Below, piece by piece: positions 1 to 9,210 of a DNA stretch of 64,000 nt (its first letter is position 1; each line of letters starts with the position of its first letter). Position numbers and translations under genes: made by a program. This DNA is from an uncultured bacterium. Its GTDB lineage: Bacteria; Actinomycetota; Acidimicrobiia; Spongiisociales; ZC4RG35. Where the stretch lies: the NCBI GenBank assembly GCA_963825585.1, contig CAWGTX010000001.1, positions 669,613 through 733,612 of the forward strand, written 5' to 3'. The notes under the pieces are model-generated. The model saw only the letters and a list, made by a program, of their open reading frames with translations. It had not been told where the DNA came from and did no database searches.

Positions 1-1173
1 CGGCTGCGAGTGGCTCCGGGTGCCGGTTCGGTGCTCGATGGCCAAGAGACGCCGATCGACATCAGGGACATCGAGTTCCAGGACCTCCTTCCCCGGCCCG
101 AGATCGCCACCGACCTCGGCTCCGTCGAGGAACTGGTGCGGGGTCGTCGGGTGATGGTGACCGGTGCCGGCGGTTCGATCGGCTCTGAGATCGTGAACCA
201 GGTGCTCGCCTTCGAGCCGGCGGCGGTCATCGCCCTCGACAACGACGAGACCCACCTGCATGAGACCGTCCTCAGAGTGGGAGCCAAGGGAAGCCTGGTG
301 AAGTCGGTGCTCTGCGACATCCGCGACGCCGCCAAGCTCAACAAGGTGATGGCCGCCAACGCACCCGAGGTGGTGTTCCACGCTGCCGCCCTCAAACACG
401 TGCCCGTGCTCGAGCACTTCCCCGAAGAAGCAGTCTTCACCAACGTGCTCGGCACCAAGAACGTGATCGACGCCGTCTCCCGGGTGGGAGCCGACCGCTT
501 CGTGCTCATCTCGACCGACAAGGCAGTGGAGCCGTCCTCGGTGATGGGTGCAACCAAACGCATCGCCGAGATGCTCACCCAGGTCGCCAATCAGCGGCGC
601 GACGGATGCGTGTACACCTGCGTGCGGTTCGGCAACGTGTTGGGTTCCCGTGGCAGCGTGGTGCCGACCTTCGTGCACCAGATCCACTCCGGTGGTCCTG
701 TCACGATCACCGACCCGGCCATGACCCGGTTCTTCATGACGGTCCCCGAGGCGGTGCAGCTGGTGTTGCAGGCAGCCACCTTGGCGCAGGGCGGGGAAGT
801 CTTCGTGCTCGACATGGGTGAGCCCGTGAAGGTGATGGACCTTGCCCGTCGCATGATCCGGCTGGCGGGCCTGGTGCCCGGTCGTGACATCGAGGTCGCC
901 GTCACCGGCATCCGCCCCGGAGAGAAGCTCTACGAGATCCTCGCCGAGGTCCCGCTGCAGCCGAGCAGCCACCCCAAGATCAACCTCGCCCGGCCGCCGG
1001 CCCCGGGTGCGGTCTCGCTGCTCGATGCGATCCGCACGCTCGAGACGCTCGCCCGCAACGAGGCGTCCGAGGACCTGATCGGGATCGTGAAGGGTGTGGC
1101 CGCCATGACCACCGCCGACCAGGTCGTCGACCTACGCGAGCTCGACTCCGAAGAAGTCGTCACGTTGAAGTGA
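1..1173 (+). CDS. Polysaccharide biosynthesis protein, CapD/WbpM/PglF-like NAD-dependent nucleotide-sugar 4,6-dehydratase (C-terminal catalytic part; 5' end outside window)
   Basis: ORF 10..1173 has no upstream stop before the window edge. Rossmann motif VTGAGGSIGSE, SDR-type dehydratase body, and the acidic C-terminal tail typical of CapD-family proteins. Confidence 0.8.
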   Translation, partial: RLRVAPGAGSVLDGQETPIDIRDIEFQDLLPRPEIATDLGSVEELVRGRRVMVTGAGGSIGSEIVNQVLAFEPAAVIALDNDETHLHETVLRVGAKGSLVKSVLCDIRDAAKLNKVMAANAPEVVFHAAALKHVPVLEHFPEEAVFTNVLGTKNVIDAVSRVGADRFVLISTDKAVEPSSVMGATKRIAEMLTQVANQRRDGCVYTCVRFGNVLGSRGSVVPTFVHQIHSGGPVTITDPAMTRFFMTVPEAVQLVLQAATLAQGGEVFVLDMGEPVKVMDLARRMIRLAGLVPGRDIEVAVTGIRPGEKLYEILAEVPLQPSSHPKINLARPPAPGAVSLLDAIRTLETLARNEASEDLIGIVKGVAAMTTADQVVDLRELDSEEVVTLK

Positions 1174-1279
1174 TCGGTTGCGCCCGGGTCGTCCAGACCC
1201 GGGCACACCGCCGCTTGCGTGTTCTCCGCCAGCGGCTTCACTGTCCCGTGCACGTCCATCCTGCGAAGAGGCCGAACGT

Positions 1280-2074
1280 ATGAGCCTGCCCGCCACGATC
1301 GCCCGGAGATCGCTCAAGACCGCCTCGATGGTGTTCGACCGGTTCGGGCCTCCGCTGCGGGGGCCACGTCTTCTCATCTATCACCAGGTGGGTGCCGGTA
1401 ACGGCCAGGAGATGGATCTGGCGCTGGATGACTTCCGTCGGCAGATGACCTGGCTGGCGTCGACCGGTGGAGTTGTTTCGCTCGAGGATGCCCTCGTGAC
1501 CCCGGACGATCCCTCGGACCGCTACGTCATCACCTTCGACGACGGGTACGACGACATGTACCGCAACGGCTTTCCGATTCTCCGCGACCTGGGTCTGCCC
1601 TTCGTGCTGTATCTGACCACCCAACCGATCGAGAGCAGAGCGCCGCTCCGCGACGACGGGCTCTCCACTCCGTGCACCTGGGATCAGGTGGGCGACATGA
1701 TGGGCAGCGGTCTCGTGACCCTCGGAGCTCACACCCATTCCCATCCCGACTTCCGTCACATCTCCTCTGCTCACATCGAAGACGAGGTGGGAGTCTCGAA
1801 CCGTCTGATCACCGAACGGACCGGCCACGCTCCGCGTCACTTCACCTACACCTGGGGCTACTGGTCCGAGCAGGCCGACCCCATCGTGCGCGCCGCCTAC
1901 GACACGGCCACCGTTGCCGGCTGCAGGACGGCGCTGGGCGCTCCGGCCAACGCCATCCCACGCCTGCCGGTGCAGCTCACCGACGGGTTCGGCTTCTTCC
2001 GGGCCAGGATGCGGGGAGGGTTCCGTCTCGAGGACACGATCCGTCGTCGCCTCTCCGGGTACAACGGTCCCTGA
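1280..2074 (+). CDS. Polysaccharide deacetylase (NodB homology domain)
   Basis: ITFDDGY and HTHSH NodB motifs. ATG at 1280 (MSLPATIA) chosen over the longer Arg/Pro-rich ORF start at 1178. Confidence 0.75.
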   Translation: MSLPATIARRSLKTASMVFDRFGPPLRGPRLLIYHQVGAGNGQEMDLALDDFRRQMTWLASTGGVVSLEDALVTPDDPSDRYVITFDDGYDDMYRNGFPILRDLGLPFVLYLTTQPIESRAPLRDDGLSTPCTWDQVGDMMGSGLVTLGAHTHSHPDFRHISSAHIEDEVGVSNRLITERTGHAPRHFTYTWGYWSEQADPIVRAAYDTATVAGCRTALGAPANAIPRLPVQLTDGFGFFRARMRGGFRLEDTIRRRLSGYNGP

Positions 2075-2075
2075 C

Positions 2076-3236
2076 GTGGCGCACGTACTCCATGTGATCA
2101 ACCGTTTCGGTACGTCCGGCGGTGCCGAGAATCAGCTCTTCAACAATCTCCGGAGGTTCTCGCATCCGGACCTCACCCACAGCGTGGTTCATGTGTTCCG
2201 AGGTACCGGCGACGATCCGCTTCCCGAGATCCCCAAACACGCCCTGTTCGGTGTGGGGGAGTCCCCCGGCCGGCTGGCGATCATCCGGGCCCTCGACCGC
2301 TACGTGATGGACACCCGACCCGACATCCTGCACTGTTCGCTGGCGGACGCGGCCCTGGCCGCCCGCGTGGTCGGTCGGCGCAGACACATTCCGGTGGTCG
2401 AGAGCCTGGTCAACATCAGCCACGATCCGGTTCGCATCGTCGACAATCCCTCTGTGAGCCCGCTCAAGCTGGCCGGCCACCGGATGCTCGACCGCATCAC
2501 GATGCGGCATGTGACCCGCTTCCACGCCCTGACTCGGGCGGTGGCACGATCCTGGCAGGCGAACGTGGGTATCTCGGCCGACCGGACGGTGATCATCCCG
2601 CGTGGCATCGACGTCGAGGCCTTCGATCACCGTGCCGGCATCGATCGGGCCGCCCTGCGCCAGTCGATCGGCGTGGCGCCCGAGGTCCCGATGCTGCTGA
2701 ACGTCGCCCGACAGGAACCACAGAAAGGCCAGCGCTACCTGCTGGAGGCACTCCCCGCCATCATCGAGCGCCATCCGGAAGTCGTGGCCGTGTTCGCCGG
2801 CCGCGACGGCAACTCCTCACCGATGCTCCGCAAACTGGTGAGCGATCTGGGAATCGAGTCCCACATACGTTTCCTCGGCGTGCGGGACGACGTTCCGGCC
2901 CTGCTGATGGCGGCGGACGTGTTCGTGTTCCCGTCATTGTTCGAAGGGTTGGGGGTTTCGCTGCTGGAGGCGATGGCAGGCGGGGGTGCGGCCTGTGCGG
3001 TTTCGGACGCTCCGCCATTCGACGAGATCGTCGACCCGGGAACCACCGGGGTCATGTTCCGATCGGCAGACGCCAAGGCGTTGGCCGTCACCGTGTCGGC
3101 ACTGCTGGCCGACCCGGAGGCGAGGGCGAAGATGTCGGACGCGGCCCGAGCCGAGGTGATGGCCAACTACCGCATCGAGGCCGTCACCCGTCGACTCGAG
3201 GACATGTACCTGGGCGTGCTCGCCGAACGGCGCTGA
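2076..3236 (+). CDS. Glycosyltransferase family 4 (GT-B, group 1)
   Basis: HVINRFGTSGGAE N-terminus; C-terminal EGLGVSLLEAMAGG...D E-x7-E motif. GTG at 2076 sits 1 nt after the deacetylase stop, and the longer ORF start at 1914 overlaps the upstream gene. Confidence 0.8.
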   Translation: MAHVLHVINRFGTSGGAENQLFNNLRRFSHPDLTHSVVHVFRGTGDDPLPEIPKHALFGVGESPGRLAIIRALDRYVMDTRPDILHCSLADAALAARVVGRRRHIPVVESLVNISHDPVRIVDNPSVSPLKLAGHRMLDRITMRHVTRFHALTRAVARSWQANVGISADRTVIIPRGIDVEAFDHRAGIDRAALRQSIGVAPEVPMLLNVARQEPQKGQRYLLEALPAIIERHPEVVAVFAGRDGNSSPMLRKLVSDLGIESHIRFLGVRDDVPALLMAADVFVFPSLFEGLGVSLLEAMAGGGAACAVSDAPPFDEIVDPGTTGVMFRSADAKALAVTVSALLADPEARAKMSDAARAEVMANYRIEAVTRRLEDMYLGVLAERR

Positions 3237-3398
3237 ACCCGGATGTCTGTTGCCTTCCCGAGGGCGCCGCTGCCCTCGCACCGCCGGGATGGTGGCGGAC
3301 ATGACACATGTGAGCCGAACGTCCGAGGCTTCCACCGACACTCGCTTGCTTCGTGTTGCGGCTGCAGAGCACCACCTGGCTTGATGCGTCGTGCTGTT

Positions 3399-3908
3399 GG
3401 TCGATAGCAACGTCTGGCTGACTGCAGGGGATCGTCGTTCCCGAGACTTGTGCGGGATCGCTGCCTCCAGTCCGTCTGCCCTACCTGCTGCCTGTTTGTC
3501 GTGGCCGCTGAGTCGGGCGTCGCAACGTCCGGGCCCGGCGAGCGCTTCGGGAACGATGAGGTCGACTGGGATGATTTCGTCATGGCCGTCCACGATGATC
3601 GACGTCCCCCAGATTCCCGGACGATCGGGCTGGGTTCTCGCGAATCCGGCCGCGGTCATCAACTCGGCCTGATTCGGCTTATCGGCGAGGGTGGCAGGGT
3701 CGATGGCCAGGTCGGCATCTGTGGTGTAGCTGGCCGAGAACGACAGTGCGACCTCGTCGGTGCGCAGGTAAACGGCTTGTGCGCCCACCAGCACCAGCGA
3801 GCGGCGATGGTCGGCAAGAGCATCGAGCGCTTCCAGCAGGACCCGACGAGCCTCGACCATCAACCGAGGCGCGCTCGTCATGAGCAGGTACCCGAGGTGC
3901 GGCGCCAT
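3399..3908 (-). pseudogene. Possible Pol-beta/AbiEii-like nucleotidyltransferase remnant (N-terminal ~170 aa protein-like; remainder of ORF is antisense to the GT4 gene)
   Basis: ORF 2934..3908 has an N-terminus LVLVGAQAVYLRTDEVALSFSASYTTDADLAI resembling the G[SA]x9-13DxD nucleotidyltransferase motif. The region has lower GC than its flanks, and the ORF tail overlaps the GT4 gene on the other strand. Confidence 0.25.
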
Positions 3909-3984
3909 GCCGATGAGGCAGGGTTCACGGTCGATGGATTGCCGTTCGCCGGGAGGTCTCGGAGAAGGTGGGGCTGCGAGCGGT

Positions 3985-4833
3985 TCACGCCCAGTCAGCG
4001 ACCAGATCCCCGAAGCGTTCCTTCATGCGCTCGATTCGGGGCGCGTACATCGCTCTCAACTCGATTTCGAGTTCGGTTGGCATTGCGCTGCCACCGCCGC
4101 GGGATCCGACCAGGTCGGCGCCGGGTGCGCCGCGGTCGATCACGGTGTCGAGCGGGAAGGCATCCCAGTCGACATCGGTGCCGACGCCGAGGAAGTCGAA
4201 CAGCGAGATGAGCAGCGCCTTGGGGTCCGACACCATTCGGTCGTAGCTGTCGACCCACAGTCGCTCGGCCGGGTAGCGCTTCGTCCACCGGTCCACGATG
4301 CCCACGTAGTCGCCGCTGTCGAGGCTGTGGACCGAGCGGGCGTGGGCGATGTACTCGGACACCGGGACCGAGTCGACGGGGCGGTTGCGTTGGCGGGCCA
4401 CATTCATCTGGGCGTGTGACCAGGCACGGTCCACCGGGTGGCGGATCATCAGCAGCAGCCTGGCGTCGGGGAGCAGGTCGGCCACCACGTCGATCCGATC
4501 GGGGGTCAGCTCCGAGTAGTTCGGTGTGATCTCGCCGCGGAGGCGGTCCCTGGCGGCATCGAAGTGGGCGGCGTACCACCGCAACGAGTGGTGGTAGAAG
4601 TGGCAGAAGTAGTGCAGCTCCTTCTCGGGAGGAACGAACACGCCTGGATGTGCAGCCAGGCAATGGTGCAGCCAAGTGGAACCTGCCTTCGGGGCTCCCA
4701 GTCCGAGAAACTGCGGCAGCGCCAATTTGTCGCTGGACAGGACCCCCCGGCGTGTCAACGCCCGCTCCGGGGCCGAGATCGCGTACTCGGCCCTCTGCGC
4801 GGTCCGGACTACGCGCTTGACCGCCTGCTTCAT
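3985..4833 (-). CDS. PAPS-dependent sulfotransferase family protein
   Basis: 5'-PSB motif LGAPKAGSTWLHHCL (PKxGTTW-like). Start ATG (MKQAVKR) at 4833 is confirmed on the sequence and overlaps the stop of the upstream FemAB-like gene (ATGA). Confidence 0.8.
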   Translation of the reverse strand: MKQAVKRVVRTAQRAEYAISAPERALTRRGVLSSDKLALPQFLGLGAPKAGSTWLHHCLAAHPGVFVPPEKELHYFCHFYHHSLRWYAAHFDAARDRLRGEITPNYSELTPDRIDVVADLLPDARLLLMIRHPVDRAWSHAQMNVARQRNRPVDSVPVSEYIAHARSVHSLDSGDYVGIVDRWTKRYPAERLWVDSYDRMVSDPKALLISLFDFLGVGTDVDWDAFPLDTVIDRGAPGADLVGSRGGGSAMPTELEIELRAMYAPRIERMKERFGDLVADWA

Positions 4834-5879
4834 CGCACCCGTCCTTTCAACGCTTCGGCGGCTCTCCGTCGAAGTCCGACCGCCGCTCCCGCCATCCCAC
4901 GCTGCAACGACCAGGTGGTGTCGGCCGAGGGCACCGCCCCGAAGCGGCGTTTGTAGGCGTCGTCGCCACGCAGGAAGTCGAATGTGGTGGCGCCGGTCTC
5001 GGTGGCGTGGCGCATCGTCGTGCTCACCAACACCGACCCGAGGCTTTGTTTCACATAGTCCTGCGACCATCCGGTCTGGTAGTACGCGAACGTGGCGCCG
5101 AACCGAAACCCGTACAGCACCCCCACGATGTCGCCGTCGAGCCGCGCCACACACGCCATCGGCCCCCGGCCGTCCGAAGCCCCGTCGATGAGGTGTCGGT
5201 GGAACGCCTCGCGATCGCGGTCGAAGCTGGACCCCCATCCCATGCCCTCCGCCCGAACCGCATGCAGCTCGAGCAGACTACGGAAGACGGCCTCGTCGAT
5301 ACCGGAGGCCGGGACCATCGCAACGGAGATGCCGAGCTTGACGAGTTGCCGTTCGAAGTAGCGGAGTTTCTTGGCGAAATCCGCCGAACCGGGAAACCAT
5401 TCGTCGCCGGAACCGAGCGGAGCAACCAGGGTCGGGTTGTCCTCGATCTTGCTGAACCCGGCCTCGGCCAGGCCCTCGACGGACTCTGGCGCCATGTTGG
5501 ACAACACGATCGGGCCTGAGGTGGATTCGATCACCCAGCCTGCAACGTCCCGCCGCAAGCCCGGACGTGCCGGCCACCCGAGGTGGTCCCCGGCGCCGGC
5601 GCCACTGCCGGTGTTCACCCACATCCGTACCGCAGGTCCACCCGAGCGGAGGAGGGGCTGGTTCACGCGGGACACCGCGCAGACGGCCTCCAGAGCGCCC
5701 TCGGGGTCTCGCCACAGTCCGATCCGGGTCTCGGGGCGCCCCGCCAGACGGTCCCACCAGGCAACCGCCCAGGTCCCGGTCTGGAAGAACGAGCCGCCGG
5801 TGGACTCGGCGAGATCGTCCCATTCCGCCACCGGAAGCGCTTCGTCATCCGGTGCCACGACTGCGTCCGGACCTCTCAC
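4830..5879 (-). CDS. FemAB-like / BioF2-like GNAT acetyltransferase (Acetyltransf_6, CelD-like)
   Basis: 349-aa ORF with the FemAB/CelD-type architecture GSFFQTGTWA...VARLDGDIVGVLYGFRF...KRRFGA. Confidence 0.65.
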   Translation of the reverse strand: MRGPDAVVAPDDEALPVAEWDDLAESTGGSFFQTGTWAVAWWDRLAGRPETRIGLWRDPEGALEAVCAVSRVNQPLLRSGGPAVRMWVNTGSGAGAGDHLGWPARPGLRRDVAGWVIESTSGPIVLSNMAPESVEGLAEAGFSKIEDNPTLVAPLGSGDEWFPGSADFAKKLRYFERQLVKLGISVAMVPASGIDEAVFRSLLELHAVRAEGMGWGSSFDRDREAFHRHLIDGASDGRGPMACVARLDGDIVGVLYGFRFGATFAYYQTGWSQDYVKQSLGSVLVSTTMRHATETGATTFDFLRGDDAYKRRFGAVPSADTTWSLQRGMAGAAVGLRRRAAEALKGRVR

Positions 5880-5941
5880 GGAGCGAGTCCCGATGGATGG
5901 GTGGCGCTGGGAGGCATCGGCTCTATCCTGCTCGATCTCAC

Positions 5942-6460
5942 ATGGTCATCGGCCGCTATCACATCATCTCCTACGAGCGGGCTACCTCCATCGAGGGCTT
6001 CCGGGCGGACAAGGCGATCCGAATCGCGTCCGCCGCCGATCTCGATCTGCTCGCTCCGCTGCTGGCGCCGGGCGTGGATCACGCCGCCCGAATCGCCGCC
6101 GGCGGTGTCTGCGTGTGGGCGGCCACACCGGACGGTGCCCCGGCCGGGCTGCAGTGGGTCAACGTGTCCGGTCATCCCGACCGTCACTTCGGCGTCCTCA
6201 GCCGCCCCGGCAATGGCGTGGCCTACCTCAACCAGATCGTGGTGGACGACCGGTACCGGGTGCGGGGTTATGCCCCGCGGGTGATGATCGCTTCGATCGA
6301 GGCGGCCGGAAAGGCCGGATTCCCCAGGGTTCGGGGGTTGGTGGCGACCAGCAACACGACCATGCAGACGCTGGTGGAGGGGTTGGGGTTCGAACGGGTC
6401 GGGTCCCAGCGCGGCGTGCGGATCGGCCGCGACCTGACCGTCCGGGTGCCCGGGAACTGA
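5942..6460 (+). CDS. GNAT family N-acetyltransferase
   Basis: MVIGRYHII...; acetyl-CoA binding segment QIVVDDRYRVRGYAPRVMIASIEAAGKAGF. Start ATG at 5942 is in frame with ORF 5567..6460. Confidence 0.7.
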   Translation: MVIGRYHIISYERATSIEGFRADKAIRIASAADLDLLAPLLAPGVDHAARIAAGGVCVWAATPDGAPAGLQWVNVSGHPDRHFGVLSRPGNGVAYLNQIVVDDRYRVRGYAPRVMIASIEAAGKAGFPRVRGLVATSNTTMQTLVEGLGFERVGSQRGVRIGRDLTVRVPGN

Positions 6461-6732
6461 GCGACGCTCCGTGCCGGCCCGAGTATTGGTCTTGACCCAG
6501 GCCTGAATCAGCGCCCCGTGTTCGTAACTCCCCACCCGGAGCACTCTATTACCACCGGACCCGAGGGGAAGTAGGCCGCCCCAAAACCCAACGGGTTCAG
6601 TCCGAGACGGTTATCCAGCCCTTATCGCTCCGTTGGTGAATGTTGCCAAGCCCCTCCGGTAACGTCTCGAAGGCACCATCCTCTGGGTAACGGTGTTGCG
6701 TGGTGTGGGATCGCTGAGGCGAAGGTGGAAGC

Positions 6733-7389
6733 ATGAACAGGTTTTCGAGTACGTTCGAACGCCCGAAGCGGCGAAATCCGTCGGGTGCGGTCTTTTGGGT
6801 CTTCGTTTTCCTGGCGATTTCGATCCAGCCGCAGGTCCCGGCCTTCGCCCAGGTGTCGCCGTTCGACGACACCGCAGGATCGGTCCATGAGGCCGACATC
6901 GCCCTCCTCGCCGAGTGGGGGATCACCAAGGGTTGCACCGACTCCTCGTACTGCCCGGAGGTTTCGGTGACTCGAGGTCAGATGGCAGCATTCATGCGGC
7001 GATCGTTCGTGACACCCACCAGCCAATACGACTACTTCGGTGACGACGAAGACTCGGTGTTCGAAGCCGACATCAACTCGATCACGGGTGTGGGCATCAC
7101 CCAAGGATGCAATCCGCCCACCAGTTCGCAGTACTGCACCGACGACGTGCTCACCCGGGGTCAGATGGCTGCCTTCCTCCGTCGCACGCTGAGCCTCCCG
7201 GCAGGGCCCGACGTGTTCTCCGACGACGAGAACTCGGTGTTCGAGGCGGACATCAACGCTCTCGCCGCCGCCGGCATCGCCAAGGGGTGCTCCGATGGCC
7301 GGTTCTGCCCCGATGACGTGATCACGCGAGCACAGATGGCCAGCTTCCTGGTCAGGGCACTCGACCACCTCGGATGCCGGGGGGCATGA
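6733..7389 (+). CDS. Small secreted protein made of three SLH (S-layer homology)-like repeats
   Basis: Signal-like N-terminus. Three ~55-aa repeats F-DD--SVFEADI--L---GI--GC-----CP---VTRGQMAAFL-R-L match the SLH consensus (F.D....w...aI..L...GI..G.....F.P...iTRaE.A..L.ral), with an added conserved Cys pair. Confidence 0.7.
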   Translation: MNRFSSTFERPKRRNPSGAVFWVFVFLAISIQPQVPAFAQVSPFDDTAGSVHEADIALLAEWGITKGCTDSSYCPEVSVTRGQMAAFMRRSFVTPTSQYDYFGDDEDSVFEADINSITGVGITQGCNPPTSSQYCTDDVLTRGQMAAFLRRTLSLPAGPDVFSDDENSVFEADINALAAAGIAKGCSDGRFCPDDVITRAQMASFLVRALDHLGCRGA

Positions 7390-9077
7390 CCATGACAGAA
7401 CTCAACCGTCGACAGTTCCTCCGCCGCGCCGGGCTGGTGGCCGTCGCCACCGGAGTCCCTGCGGTGGCATCCGTCACCCGTCCGCAGGCCGCCCAGGCCG
7501 CCACGCTCACCACCGACACCACCGTGTCGACCCTCACCGTCGCAGCGGGCGAGGTGTACGAGTTCGACCCGAACCGATCGGTCACGCTCACCGTCACGGG
7601 CGGTGGCGACGCCGCGTTGATGGTGCTCGGCACGCTGCGGATGCGCCCGGCCAGCGCCGGCATCGTCCACAAGATCCGGTTCACCGGCGGCGGCGAGATC
7701 ATGGTGATGGACAATGGTCGTCTCGACATCCAAGGGACGACGAAACAGGCGTGGAACCGTACCGGCGACCATGCCACGTGGACCTCCCAGGATCAGCTGA
7801 TCGTCGCTCCCATCAACCCCGGCGACTACACGTTCCGCTCCTTCACCAAGGGTGGGACGGTTCAGCAGGTCAGCAACCGCCACGGTGTGTTCAAGGCCGA
7901 GGTGATGAACCTGACCCGCAACGTCGTGATCGAGGGCACCACCTCGGTTCCGATGCGGCGCATCATGCTCATGTCCAATGTCGCCCAGACCATCAACTAC
8001 GCCGAGGTCCGGTACGTGGGCGACCCCGACGAGATCGGCTTCTACCCGATCCACTTCCACCTGATGGGGGAGGGTGCCAGGGGGAGCGTGGTCGAGGGCA
8101 CCGTCGTGCACCACGCCTACCACCACGCGTTCGTCGTGCACGGCAGCCACGGCGTCACGCTGCGCGACTGTGTCGCCTACGACGTCGAGGCCGACGCCTA
8201 CTGGTGGGATCTGCCGCCCGAGAACGACTTCGACAACGACATCAACAACACCCACGACGTCGTGTACGAGAACTGCATCGCCGCCGACGTGCATCGGGCC
8301 GACCTCAACGATCCGGTTTCCCGGCCCAACGAGTTGTCCGGATTCCTCATGGGTGCGGGTGTCAACAACACGGTCCGTGGCTGCGTGGCCGTCGGGGTGG
8401 GCGGCGGGGTTCGGACATCCGGCTACCACTGGCCCTCGAAGGCGAACTCGCAGACCAGTCCCTGGGTGTTCGAGGACTGCATGACCCACAACAGCCGTGA
8501 GTACGGCATCTTCGTGTGGCAGAACACTGCATCCGAGCGTCACAACATCGATCGGTTCGTCTCGTTCAACAACGGGTTGGGACCGGTGAAGCACGGCGCA
8601 TACAACAACCGGGGATACCACTACCGCGACTGTGTGTTCTTCGGGAACGGCGGGGGCCTGGAACAGAACGCCCAGACCACCGTTCCCGAGAGCAACCAGA
8701 CCAAGGAGCGGCTGTCGTTCGAACGCACCGTTTTCGACGATGCGCCGGTTTCGCTGCTCATGGTCGACCACAACCTCGACCCGTCACAGCCAACGCTGTA
8801 CCTCGACTGTGAGTTCGCCGGACAGTTGGTCGTGAACAACGATCGCCGTCACGGCTGGTACGACTTCGTTCGGTGCAACGTCTCGGAGTCGGACTTCGAC
8901 CTCTCCGACATGAAGCCTGAGTCGATCATCCGGATCCAGGACGCCAACGGCGACGCCGTCGAGATCACCACGTCCGGCTCGCGATCGATCCCGGCGTTCT
9001 GGGACGGCTGGTCCTCGACGGTGCCCAAGCCCGGCCAGGAGTTCCCCGACTGGGATCCCTCCTGTGGTAATCGCTGA
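7383..9077 (+). CDS. Tat-signal secreted protein, probable right-handed beta-helix carbohydrate-active enzyme (function unknown)
   Basis: Twin-arginine motif NRRQFLRRAGLVAVATG...AQAA. Gly/Asn/Thr/Val-rich sequence with His clusters (IHFHLMGEG, HHAYHHAF). Its start overlaps the end of the SLH-repeat gene. Confidence 0.6.
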   Translation, partial: GMTMTELNRRQFLRRAGLVAVATGVPAVASVTRPQAAQAATLTTDTTVSTLTVAAGEVYEFDPNRSVTLTVTGGGDAALMVLGTLRMRPASAGIVHKIRFTGGGEIMVMDNGRLDIQGTTKQAWNRTGDHATWTSQDQLIVAPINPGDYTFRSFTKGGTVQQVSNRHGVFKAEVMNLTRNVVIEGTTSVPMRRIMLMSNVAQTINYAEVRYVGDPDEIGFYPIHFHLMGEGARGSVVEGTVVHHAYHHAFVVHGSHGVTLRDCVAYDVEADAYWWDLPPENDFDNDINNTHDVVYENCIAADVHRADLNDPVSRPNELSGFLMGAGVNNTVRGCVAVGVGGGVRTSGYHWPSKANSQTSPWVFEDCMTHNSREYGIFVWQNTASERHNIDRFVSFNNGLGPVKHGAYNNRGYHYRDCVFFGNGGGLEQNAQTTVPESNQTKERLSFERTVFDDAPVSLLMVDHNLDPSQPTLYLDCEFAGQLVVNNDRRHGWYDFVRCNVSESDFDLSDMKPESIIRIQDANGDAVEITTSGSRSIPAFWDGWSSTVPKPGQEFPDWDPSCGNR

Positions 9078-9210
9078 ACCCCATTGAGGCGACGGCCACC
9101 CGTGTTAGCCTGCTCAGCGGGGCGGCGGTAGAGCGCGGATTCCGGGACAAGTACCAATCGACGATCGGTGCGACGCGTTCCGGTTCTCCGCACCCGACAG
9201 GGGAAGGGCC

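Noticed and set aside
7161-8771. 536-aa minus-strand ORF
   Set aside because: It lies entirely antisense to the Tat-secreted protein gene. Its composition is Arg/Gly/His/Val-rich and typical of high-GC antisense frames, with no recognisable domain.
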